A DNA stretch of 63,174 nucleotides, filler included, from Octopus bimaculoides (taxonomy: Eukaryota): assembly GCF_001194135.2 (NCBI RefSeq). It is 5 parts of 4 records of this genome, joined end to end, with 100 filler letters (N's around TTAATTAATTAA, not from the genome) between each part and the next. Parts side by side here need not be neighbours in the genome. Positions count along the whole stretch, not along the records: positions 34,779 to 60,917 come from NC_068986.1; 4 more parts are not named here. One strand, 5' to 3'. The position numbers and the translations under genes are program-made. Within the stretch, counting starts at the first letter, position 1. Each line of letters opens with the position of its first letter. The notes below the pieces were generated by a model, which worked only from the letters and a program-made list of their open reading frames with translations, was not told the origin of the DNA and did no database searches. Below are positions 37,599-48,830 of this stretch, one piece after another.

Positions 37599-38887
37599 CC
37601 TAAACTACGTTTTTTAGGAAACTTAGTAGTCATTTCTGCTGGGTCTGGTTACAATGTACAGGTTCTCCCGTAGAGATACAAGGAATCTGTGTGGAAGCCC
37701 GCCGGGATCCGTTCCTATTATTTGGTCACTTTGTTTAACTGCAGTGCCTGTCCCTTGAGTACATATAGCAGACTGCATGGTATTAAAATTATTTGGACTA
37801 AGAGTTCAATCTAAATATAACTACACCACGCTCTCCTCACTAGTCATAAAGGCCCTGAAACTGATAAAGAGGGTCTTTCCTTTCCCTAACAAAACACTAT
37901 AAAACATAAGGGCAAACTTATTTTTAAAGTTGCACGTTAAATGTAGTAAGTACTTAAAATAGTTAATCTGGTTTTACGATGACAGTTTATTACATCTTGT
38001 AATCTACTTTATGTTAATTGTCCACTTTAATTATTCTGAGTTCTGTTTAAATGTCGTTAATTATCTATTGTTGATAACCTTCAAATTACATTACGCCGTA
38101 TTAGGAAGAATGGACAAGTTTTGACTGGATGCTCATGGCTGGAAAGTATCAGCTTTTTTGGGTTTTTTTTTTTTCGAATCAAATCATTCCTGTCCGTCCT
38201 CTGAAAAGAAAGACACATTGAACAATGCAGTCCTAAATTATTAACAAATAAGAAGGTCGCGGCGTAAATAGTATTTAACTCTGGGCTACTCGATCAATGT
38301 CGATCTTTAGTTAAACAGCAACAACTATAAGGTTATACTGAATATAGCTGCAAATAATACCAAGCACAAATAAGATATATTTTCTAATTACTGCAAAAAC
38401 CTGACGGCAGAATTCAGGAAAAAAGAGAATGCTTGGTGATAAATGGGAAACTAATACAGAAAAAGTGACGCTGACAGTGGCCCTGGCTTCTAAGAAAATC
38501 AATTAGTGCTACTGATATCAGTTTGTGTAGATATATGATGAAGACGGTATTGAAAAGTCAGTGAACTTACAATATAATTATAGTTCCACACAGACTTAAA
38601 ACGAAAACAACAACGTTAATAAGAAAACGTAGGGGGAATTGTCTAAAGTCGTGTGTTGTCTCAGCGAACGACTTAAGCATACTTCCTTCCTTCAGACTGA
38701 AATAATAAAGGAGTAATATTTATTTCAATGAAAAGTCGCAGAACAAGACTGACTCTCTCCGCTCCCTCCCTCTCTCTCTCACACCCCCCTCTCACTATCT
38801 CACACACTCAACCCCCTCCCTTTCACTATCTCTCTCACTCACACACACACACATCCTCTCACTATCTCTCACACATACTCATCCGCA

Positions 38888-38939
<52 letters not shown>

Positions 38940-39916
38940 ATCAAATGCAGAGACACACACATGCACATAAGACACACAGGTATGCACAAATATCTATAGA
39001 GCGCATCGCTGTTAAAAACCTGTTAACCCATTAAGCCGGATGTTGGATGAACCGGAACTCTAGATTACGAGAGTGAAACCTTCCGCCGATAACTCTGAGT
39101 ATCAATATCATGTTGCGCTGCAGTTTTCGCTTATATTTCGGTGATTTAACGTCTTTCCGATTTGTATTTTACGTCCGGGATTCAAGGAAACTTATTAATC
39201 AAAAGAAGAAGCATGTCACCCAGCCAACCAGAAACCAGAACTCTAATAGAAGCCGGAGACTGATGCGTTGGTGGCAAGATGTTAAACAATTAAAGTTGCA
39301 AATATAAATTATATATCAGATATAATTATCTATCAGACGTTTATGGGCACCGGATACGACAGGAAAAAGAGGAACAAGTCCTCAAATATCAGTCAATCAG
39401 CGTATCTATCATAGGCTGGATGACTGCCTTATCGATTAGAACAATTGGGATAATTTAATTGGCAAGATATTTCTGACTTAATTGGTAACGTAGTCTGCTG
39501 CCATACGATAACGAAGTACACACAAACTCACACACACACACACACACAGATATGTGTGGTGGGGAGTGTGTGTGCGTATGTGTTTTTATCTGTGTGTGTT
39601 TAAACATCATATAGTTGTATACACATTAAAGAGAAGAGATAAGATGTAATAGATTAATAATAGTATTATAACTATTACACATTGGTTGGATAAATTGTAC
39701 TTCAAGATGCCAAGCTAAACATCTTTACATGCAACGATGTTTAAAGATATATTGATGTCATTACTGTTTTAACTGGCGTAGGAGGACGTTTCTTTTTATT
39801 CTGTTTTACACTATATATATGCATATAGATATTGATATACGCAAACACACACACACACAGACACAAGACACACACAGGCACGCACGCACGCACACACACA
39901 CACACACACATACACC

Positions 39917-39962
<46 letters not shown>

Positions 39963-40157
39963 CACATATATATATATATATATGGAGCGAACACGTTACA
40001 ATGAAGTAGAGAAATTTGAAAAGACAACACGAAACCGGTTATTTCTCAAAATACAATGTTTATATACCAAAAAGATTTTATAACATTTTTTCTGATATAA
40101 TTTAAATATATACTTTAACCATGTAACACAAGCCTTCTGTAGTTTTTTCAGTCTTAT

Positions 40158-40198
<41 letters not shown>

Positions 40199-40489
40199 TA
40201 GACATATGTAAGTATCGGTGACACACATACACACATGCCCTATCATGGCCGCTGTCTAATATCTGAAACAAGTAAACGATAAAAGAAACAATTATATACA
40301 GTCACAAACATATACACACGTACAGACACACACGCATACCAACGTCTATACATATGAATATAAATACGTGTACACATATCGGTTTCGGTACGAATTATCT
40401 AGCACTAGGTGATATGTAGACGTACATTCACACAAACACTCATATACACCCAGTCACACTTTCATACACTCATACACAAGTACACACAG

Positions 40490-40583
<94 letters not shown>

Positions 40584-41481
40584 ACATTATTCGCACGCAA
40601 ATACACAGCAAAGTTAAAAGAAATATGAAAGTTTATTCACATTGTTAATACCATCAATGGAAATGTTATATCTTATTAATGTCATTATATTTATTAAAGA
40701 AAGGTTATTGGATATTTATAATTTCTACTAATAAGACAGGGAAATGGTTACTGGCTAGAAATGCTAGATATAACAGTCAAATCTCCATGGAATTAAACAC
40801 AATGGTCTTATATAACATTATGTTGGGTAATATATTCAAGCGTAATATAATCCTGGTATTAATGAGAAGTCATCATAGATTGAATGTTTGCTGATAGGTC
40901 AGTATGATGTCAGTTTATATCGGGAATGAATGCCAATAACATATTTGACTTGTTGTTGAGAGAAAACTATAAAGTTATCTCGGCAACAGCATAAAGTTAT
41001 CTCACCAAAGATCTAATTTTATGTCAAGCTAGTTCTCTCTCTCACTCTCATTCTCTTTCTATCTATCTATCTATCTATCTTTTTATCTGTCTTTTTATCT
41101 ATCTATCTTATTCTTTGCGTACTAGTAGACAGTCAACTGTTTAAAAAATGAAGAGCTCATTGCATTATGTAATTCGGTATACGCTATTTCTGCAATAAAA
41201 ATGGATACTTACTTTGCGAAAACCTATACCTGTGGACTTATGATCAGGCACCACTTTGTATTGTAGACAAACCAAAAAGGGTGATGCACTGGCGGAGTCA
41301 TTAGTACGTCGGACAAATTGCTTCAGAGGTTCTATTCCGGCTTTTGATCGTCTGAGTTAAAATCAATGCCAAATTTGAATTACATCTTTGCAGGATAGAT
41401 AAAGGGGTAATCAAAAACTATACGTGGTCTAATCGCCTGTTATATAGTCCTTAAACTTGAGGTTTTATATTGTTGTTTTGG

Positions 41482-41721
41482 CACTCCGTCGCTTACGACG
41501 TCGAGGGTTCCAGTTGATCCGATCAACGGAACAGCCTGCTCGTGAAATTAACGTGCAAGTGGCTGAGCACTCCACAGACACGTGTACCCTTAACGTAGTT
41601 CTCGGGGATATTCAGCGTGACACAGTGTGACAAGGCTGACCCTTTGAATTACAGGCACAACAGAAACAGGAAGTAAGAGTGAGAGAAAGTTGTGGTGGAA
41701 GAGTACAGCAGGGTTCGCCAC
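41482..41721 (-). mobile_element. SINE family D, 3' portion
   Basis: Reverse complement of 58730-58970. Confidence 0.9.
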
Positions 41722-41997
41722 GATCTGCTTGGGAAGTTAAGCAGTCGTGGTCGATGAAAAAGGTAGCGGTAGTGCCAATAATTGTCGGAGCCCTGGGAAA
41801 AGTGTACAAAAATCTAGAGAAGTACATGGGACAACTAGGGGCTGCAATAAGGGTGGAGCACTTGCAGAAAACAGCACTGCTTGGAACCGCTCGAATACTC
41901 CGGAAGGTACTCGAAAAATAAGAGGTATTACTTTAGTTCACTGGTAGTGAGCAGCTGACACTGTAGTACATCTCCGGTGTTAGAAGCTGTGCAAGGC
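41722..41997 (+). mobile_element. R4/Dong-like element 3' end (RLE C-terminus + 3' UTR), followed by (AAT)n
   Basis: KKVAVVPIIVGALGKVYKNLEKYMGQLG..IRVEHLQKTALLGTARILRKVLEK*, the typical VVP...GALG / LQK..LLGTARILR terminus. Confidence 0.85.
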
Positions 41998-42004
41998 AAT
42001 AATA

Positions 42005-42086
<82 letters not shown>

Positions 42087-42125
42087 CAACAACAACAACA
42101 ACAACACCATTGAAAAATACCTGAC

Positions 42126-42171
42126 GACACCTGATGAAGGCTGGTGGGTATATCAGCCGAAAAGCTGTGTT
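42126..42171 (+). ncRNA. Hammerhead motif family 1, degenerate copy
   Basis: GACAC-CUGAUGA-A-GGCUG/10 nt/CAGCC-GAAA-AGCU-GUGUU. Stems I and II are perfect, but the U16.1 position is C. Confidence 0.55.
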
Positions 42172-42600
42172 AAAAACAAACACGATGAGGACAAATATCC
42201 GTCAAATGTAAATAATGTAAATAATGTACATAATTCCTCATCTCTTAAATATAGAATTATATTACCTAAACAATGATTTGACTAGTGGGTCGAGAGTCGC
42301 TGTCAGTATTATATTTATTATACAAGACGTTAGGGATCTTTAATTTTAGGTTGTTTCTTTTATTTATTTATTATTTATTTTGTTTTTTGCATTCGATTTC
42401 AATACAGCGTAATTGTTCATTAACAATCCCAATAAATCACAGTACCAGGCAATCGCATGTCATCACTCGCTAACTACATTCACTTCTATGAAAGTCATTA
42501 TCATTCTTCACTCAACCAGAACCTGCAACCTAATCATTTCACATCACACTTGTTCTGCTGCCATTACAAGTGTGACCTCGAAAACAATCTTCACCAGACC

Positions 42601-42631
<31 letters not shown>

Positions 42632-42785
42632 TATATATAAGGTTGAGGAGGGTACTGGATTTAACCAAACCCCGGAGGATACAGGTAATATCGAGTAAGT
42701 GCTGTATACCGATTAGTTTGCCCCAATCGTTGTATGAACAGGATTGGGTATTATAAGTCGTGTATTAGCGTGTGTATATGTAAAT

Positions 42786-42900
42786 ATATAAAAACAAAAA
42801 GATAAAGAGAACGAAGGTAAGGTTGAAGAACAGCTGTAAGACTCTATCCATAAAATTCTTCAACCTTACCTTCGCTCTCTTTATCTTTTTGTTTTTATAT
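42786..42900. repeat. 45-bp-arm hairpin element related to the family-2 hammerhead terminus
   Basis: Arms 42786-42830 and 42856-42900 with one mismatch. The loop carries cagctgtaagact, as at 28621-28633. Confidence 0.85.
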
Positions 42901-44099
42901 ANNNNNNNNNNNNNNNNNNNNNNNNNNNNNNNNNNNNNNNNNNNNNNNNNNNNNNNNNNNNNNNNNNNNNNNNNNNNNNNNNNNNNNNNNNNNNNNNNNN
43001 NNNNNNNNNNNNNNNNNNNNNNNNNNNNNNNNNNNNNNNNNNNNNNNNNNNNNNNNNNNNNNNNNNNNNNNNNNNNNNNNNNNNNNNNNNNNNNNNNNNN
43101 NNNNNNNNNNNNNNNNNNNNNNNNNNNNNNNNNNNNNNNNNNNNNNNNNNNNNNNNNNNNNNNNNNNNNNNNNNNNNNNNNNNNNNNNNNNNNNNNNNNN
43201 NNNNNNNNNNNNNNNNNNNNNNNNNNNNNNNNNNNNNNNNNNNNNNNNNNNNNNNNNNNNNNNNNNNNNNNNNNNNNNNNNNNNNNNNNNNNNNNNNNNN
43301 NNNNNNNNNNNNNNNNNNNNNNNNNNNNNNNNNNNNNNNNNNNNNNNNNNNNNNNNNNNNNNNNNNNNNNNNNNNNNNNNNNNNNNNNNNNNNNNNNNNN
43401 NNNNNNNNNNNNNNNNNNNNNNNNNNNNNNNNNNNNNNNNNNNNNNNNNNNNNNNNNNNNNNNNNNNNNNNNNNNNNNNNNNNNNNNNNNNNNNNNNNNN
43501 NNNNNNNNNNNNNNNNNNNNNNNNNNNNNNNNNNNNNNNNNNNNNNNNNNNNNNNNNNNNNNNNNNNNNNNNNNNNNNNNNNNNNNNNNNNNNNNNNNNN
43601 NNNNNNNNNNNNNNNNNNNNNNNNNNNNNNNNNNNNNNNNNNNNNNNNNNNNNNNNNNNNNNNNNNNNNNNNNNNNNNNNNNNNNNNNNNNNNNNNNNNN
43701 NNNNNNNNNNNNNNACAAGGAGAAAAACACGGATAAAAAAAATTGAATAGTGTTCAGTCAACGGTCAATCATAATAATGGCCGATCATAACAATGGCTGA
43801 CCGGAAGTTCGGTAGGTGAAGGAAAGTAAGGTAAAAAAGGATGATAAAGGAGGTTTACAAAAGTGGAAAAGTACAAAAGTTTTTTAGACGTCGTGGTATA
43901 TTGAAGCGATTTCCAATCAGAAGATGGGTCCAGTGTAATCCGTGGGTAGGAGAGGTGCAGCCGGAGGGTATAAAGTTCAGAATAGATCCAGAAGGAAAGA
44001 AGCTAGAATCCAAAAGTTGGTAGTGTATGATGAGAAGAGACAGGATTAGCTGGTGCGACCACGTGAGCGTGTATTATATGTGGGAGAATATACAAATAA

Positions 44100-44202
44100 T
44101 AACAACAGACGAGGACAGGTGGTGTAAATAACAAAAGGATATATTAGTATGACGCTCGGGAATACGGAATGTCTTTGACGTTTCGAGCTACGCTCTTCAA
44201 CA
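44100..44202 (-). mobile_element. Hammerhead family 3 element copy
   Basis: Homologous to 56719-56845 and 60622-60734. Minus strand reads ..UGUUGA-A-GAGC/GUA/GCUC-GAAA-CG-UC-AAAGA; the C3 position is lost. Confidence 0.7.
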
Positions 44203-44311
44203 TAGATGTATATAGATGTATGTATGTATGTATGTACATACATATACACACATACATATACATATTCACATATACACATATACACATACACACATAAATA
44301 TATATATATTG

Positions 44312-44672
44312 TGGAGGTGCAATGGCCCAATTGTTAGGGCAGCGGACTAGTGGTCGTAGGATCGCAGTTTCGATTCGCAGACCGAGCGTTGTGAGTGTTT
44401 ATTGAGCGAAAAGACCTAAACTTTCACGAGGCTCCGGCAGAGGGCGGTGGTAAACGCTGCTGTCCTCTTTCACCACAACGTCCTCTCGTCCTTTCTTCCT
44501 GTTTGTGTTGTACCTGTATTTCAAAAGGGCCAGCCTTGTCACACTCTGTCTCACACTGAATCTCACTGAGAAGTACGTTAAGGGTACACATTGTCTGTGG
44601 AGTGCTCAGCCACTTGCACGTTAATTTCACGAGCAACTGAAACCTCGTCGGCACAACTGACGGAGTGCCACG
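44312..44672 (+). mobile_element. SINE family D
   Basis: Homologous to 21038 and 58593. Confidence 0.88.
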
Positions 44673-44710
44673 ACGATACAGAGAGAGAGCGAGAGAGAGA
44701 GAAAGAGAGC

Positions 44711-44819
<109 letters not shown>

Positions 44820-45989
44820 TTATCACATACAGTCATCTGGCTTTTGCCAGAAAAATACGATTTTGGTTGAAGACAATACTACAAAGAATAAGTAGTGGTG
44901 AGTAGCATAGTGTTGTGTGACATTCTAGACACTCTCCGTTGTCCAGTTTATTGCCATTGATATTGCTGTGGGTGTTGTAATTGTTGCTGTTGTCGTTGTG
45001 GTAGTTGTTTTCTCCGTGCCAGCCTGTAGACAAATGACAGGTGACCGAACATGAAGCTGTAACCGACAAATATGCTATACCAGACATACACAACTGTTTA
45101 ATTGCTGAGAATCATACATTCACCGGTAAATTAAATTAGGTGCAGTGCAGATGCAGCTATTGTAGGAAGGAGGCACTATTCTTATTTTTTTTTTTTATTA
45201 TTACTACTTTGTTGTCTTTTGTTTTTGTTTTTATTTTGAAATTTTGCGCCCTTACGAATTTACGCCTTGAGAAACTTATGTCGGTCGTCTGCCGCTACTT
45301 CACTGATGTTGTGTTTCAGTCTGCACAAATTATATTACCCGCTTTGTTAAGTGTTTCTGAAATCATAAATTATGATGATTATCCAAAATGAAGCGCCGCC
45401 AGATTTACACTGTGCGATACGTGCAATTGCAAATATTTTGATCTGTTGACAGAAAATAACAAGAATAATTCGAATTAAACGGTTATTCTTACATTTGCAA
45501 ATTTGAAGAAATATACAAAATTAAATTAGTGAGGACGAGATAAATGATAACAACTGTGTACTGTGTGACCGATATACAAATGTAAAACATTTGAAAGCAA
45601 ATTAGAAAAGCGGAGATAATTGATAAACCCTGATAATCTCAATGTGTACTGTATTCACAATTAATGAATGTATACATTGAAAAATTCAACAGTTATGTAA
45701 AGATATTGATCAGTGACGTACACATAAACAGATGTTTAATTACATCGAACAGAATCATTTGATAGTTTCATAGCGTGACTTTGCTATTGTTGCTGTTGTA
45801 TCATTTTCAGCTACTTACCATATCTCGTTATAACTGATATTAAATTGGAAATAATATAGTGAAGGGGTAATAAAAATTTGTAAAACATTACAGGAACAAA
45901 ATCAATTGACCTTCAAATTTCTGGTAGGTTTAGATTAAAGGTTTTTAAAAATTACTATGTTCTTAAAATTGATCATTTCTACTATAGGT

Positions 45990-46165
45990 GCAAAGCCTGT
46001 AAGTTTATGAAATGGAGATAATTATATCACCTCCGGTCCTCAAATGGTACTTATTTTATCGACCCCAAAAGAATGAAAGGCAAAATCGAACCCCACATAA
46101 ATTGAACTCAGAGCGTAAAGACGAACGAAATGCCGCTAAGCATTTAGTCTGGTGTGCTAACTTAT
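45990..46165 (-). mobile_element. SINE family B
   Basis: ggtacttattttatcgaccccaaaagaatgaaaggcaaaatcgaa...gaactcagagcg. Confidence 0.75.
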
Positions 46166-46194
46166 CCTAAAAATAATAATAATAATAATAATAA

Positions 46195-46700
46195 TCACCC
46201 GTGCTTATGACAATATTTCTTTGTATCGTTCCTCCTTCCAATTCAGTCTTGATAGTTCCTATCCACATTGCATCCCTTTTATACACCACGTTGTTTGCCC
46301 ATAATCCGCCCCAGAACTCCTTTTTCCCATCGATTACTTTATTTATCATACTCCTATCTGCCCTTCTCACATTCATGGGATTTATTTTCTTCTGGAACAT
46401 TCATCAAGTCAGTGAGTCGTCTTTGAATTTCAAGCAATTCATTATCTAGTTGATTAGTTTCCCCTGCATGACCACCCACCACAGTATTAGGGTTCACTGA
46501 ACAACGTTCCTGTTCCTCATCCTTAACAGCCCCATCACCATTCCTCTGTTCCTCCTGTCTACTCTTCTCTCTGCTTTCAAATTCTACCTCTCTGTTTTCA
46601 ACTCCGACCATCCTTTGTTGTTCATCCGCAGGGTCTCTCCGACTCTCAGTAATCCGAGATGTTCCTACTCCAGTTAAATAACCCTTCCTCCTAATCACTT
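46195..46700 (-). mobile_element. R4/Dong-like ORF N-terminal fragment between (AAT)n arrays
   Basis: KKEFWGGLWANNVVYKRDAMWIGTIKTELEG...QRNIVIST matches the FW..IW....HN..A.WI pre-RT motif. Confidence 0.6.
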
Positions 46701-46712
46701 ATAATAATGATG

Positions 46713-46787
<75 letters not shown>

Positions 46788-46862
46788 TTTACTTTCATCG
46801 TAAAGTTGAATTTAACGTTAGCGTCTTATGAAGTTCTAAAATTGCAGTATAACTCGTTGCTG

Positions 46863-46935
46863 GACAGTTTAGTTTAATGGTAAAACACTTGACACGTAAT
46901 CACAGAGATGTGAGTTCGAGTCTCATGGCTGGCCA
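46863..46935 (+). pseudogene. tRNA-like cloverleaf, anticodon CGT (Thr); probably a repeat head or pseudo-tRNA
   Basis: GACAGTT-TA-GTTT/AATGGTA/AAAC-A-CTTGA/CACGTAA/TCACA-GAGAT-GTGAG/TTCGAGT/CTCAT-GGCTGGC has canonical spacing. There are mismatches in the acceptor and anticodon stems, and position 33 is A instead of U. Confidence 0.6.
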
Positions 46936-47029
46936 GTAACGTATTTTTCTGCAATATATGGATAATTTATGCTAATCACGCTATTTATAGCATTATCACG
47001 CGTTTGAGAAATAAATTTATTTCTGCATA

Positions 47030-48597
47030 TTATTATTATTATTATTTATTTATTTATTTGTTCAAGGCACTGCCTGGAATTGAACTCGTAATTTTGGGGT
47101 TAGTAGCCCGCGCCCTTAACCATTACGCTATAGAGTGAATCATTTCATAGCAATAAAGTACAGACAACTGACCCAACACTAAAGTAAGCTACCTCACATG
47201 TACGGTCTCGCTAAGATTCACAAGGATAGTATTCAATTAAGACCCATAGTTAGTGGCAGATGTTCGGCATATCATCCACTGAGCCGCTTCCTTGTGAATA
47301 TAATCAGTCCATTAGCAGGTAGGTGAACATTATATGTGAAGAATTCTACCCACTACACAGAATTGATCAAGAACACCCCCATTGGATCCAACCAGATGGT
47401 AAGTCTAGATGTGGTAAGTCTGTTCACCAAAGTCCCAACTGATCAAGCACTAACAGTAAATCAAGAAAAACTAGTGACGGATACCTATCTAAAAGATCGC
47501 ACTAGTATACACCAATAGGAAAGTTGATGGAAATGTTGACCTTCTGTGTACAAAATATCTTCTTCAGAGTAGGATCAACACCACTAAAGCAAACCCTATG
47601 ATTTCGATACGTTGATGACACCTGTATACTCTGGCCCCACCAGGAAGATGTCCAAGTACTGTTAGATTAGATCATGTGAACTCAAGAAAGCCATCCATAC
47701 AGTTCACAATGGAAAAGGAAAAAGACAATCAACTAACATCCCTAGATGTATTAATAACACGCACTAAGCATGGGTTCATGACATCCGTATACCGCAAGCT
47801 AACCTTCACTGGACGATACTCCAACTTCAATTCCCACCGTCCATACAGTGTAAAGAGTGGGTTTGCTCACTGCCTAAACATCGAGCAAAGAATATAAATA
47901 ACGATCCTGATACATACCACGAAGAAATGATCAATCTAAGTAACAATCTATTAAGCAAAACTACCCCCAAAACATACTATCCACTCCAATTAGAAAGAGG
48001 AGAGAGGATGAATCCCATAAACTGACCACAGTCTGTCTACCCTATGTGAAAGGCCTCTCCGAAAAGATACAAAGATATGTGTTCCATATGACATCGGGAC
48101 GGTATTCAAGAGTAATACAACACTTCGCAAATATCTCCTTCAAGTAAAAATACCAATAGAAGAGAATGTGACCAAAGACTGTGTACTCCATTCCATGCAG
48201 CTGTAGTAGGTGATACAAAGGCGAAACATGTCGCCCCCTCAAAATAATGGTAGAGGAACATCGTAAAGCTGTGACACGAGGAGATGTTGAAAAATCGGGT
48301 ATAGCTGATCAAGTATGAAAAAAGCGGAGACCACCTTCCCCTGTGGGATGAAATTAAAATAGACAGAGAACACCACTGAAAAATACGAGAACTAAAAGAG
48401 GCAGCATATATGCTAGGACATAATAGCTCCTTAGCTAAGCTAGTGCAGATATGAGTAAAGTATGGGAATCGGTATTAAGGAAGGATACAAAAATATTAGG
48501 TTTATAAGCCCTAAAATTCACTCTATAGTGTAATGGTTAAGAGCGCGGACTACTAACCCCAAGAGTGCGAGTTCAATTCCAGGCAGTGCTTTCAATA

Positions 48598-48631
<34 letters not shown>

Positions 48632-48830
48632 GTAATAATAATAATAATAATAATAACAACGACAACAACAACAAAATCAGCAAAAAATATACACCTTAGG
48701 AATGGGAACCCAGGGTTGAGTTCTAAATTCTACCAGGACACCTGATGAAGGCTGAAGAGTAAATTAGCTGAAACGTTGTGGTAACAAACAAGGCGAGAAC
48801 ACGTATCCGTCCAATGTAAATAAAGTAAAT
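47030..48830 (+). mobile_element. Penelope-like retroelement: 5'-truncated RT + GIY-YIG, 3' terminal repeat, inverted partial repeat at the 5' end
   Basis: LPHMYGLAKIHK..LRPIVS, MVSLDVVSLFTKVP, WFRYVDDTCILW, IQFTMEKEKDNQL..LDVLI, SVYRK.TFTGRY, VYSIPCSC..YKGETCRPL..EHR..KSGIA. Stops and frameshifts present. Confidence 0.92.
48737..48782 (+). ncRNA. Minimal type-I hammerhead ribozyme, family 1, in the PLE 3' repeat
   Basis: GACAC-CUGAUGA-A-GGCUG/10 nt/UAGCU-GAAA-CG-U-U-GUGGU. Intact core, GUU triplet, palindromic AACGUU, on the sense strand of the PLE. Confidence 0.75.

Noticed and set aside
44833-45093. Asn/Thr-rich frames after a tctacag acceptor-like site
   Set aside because: Derived from a decayed GTT/GCT repeat; no donor or homology support.
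46820-46860. cttatgaagtt...aactcg as a decayed hammerhead upstream of the tRNA-like sequence
   Set aside because: The core is mutated and GAAA is absent; not supportable.
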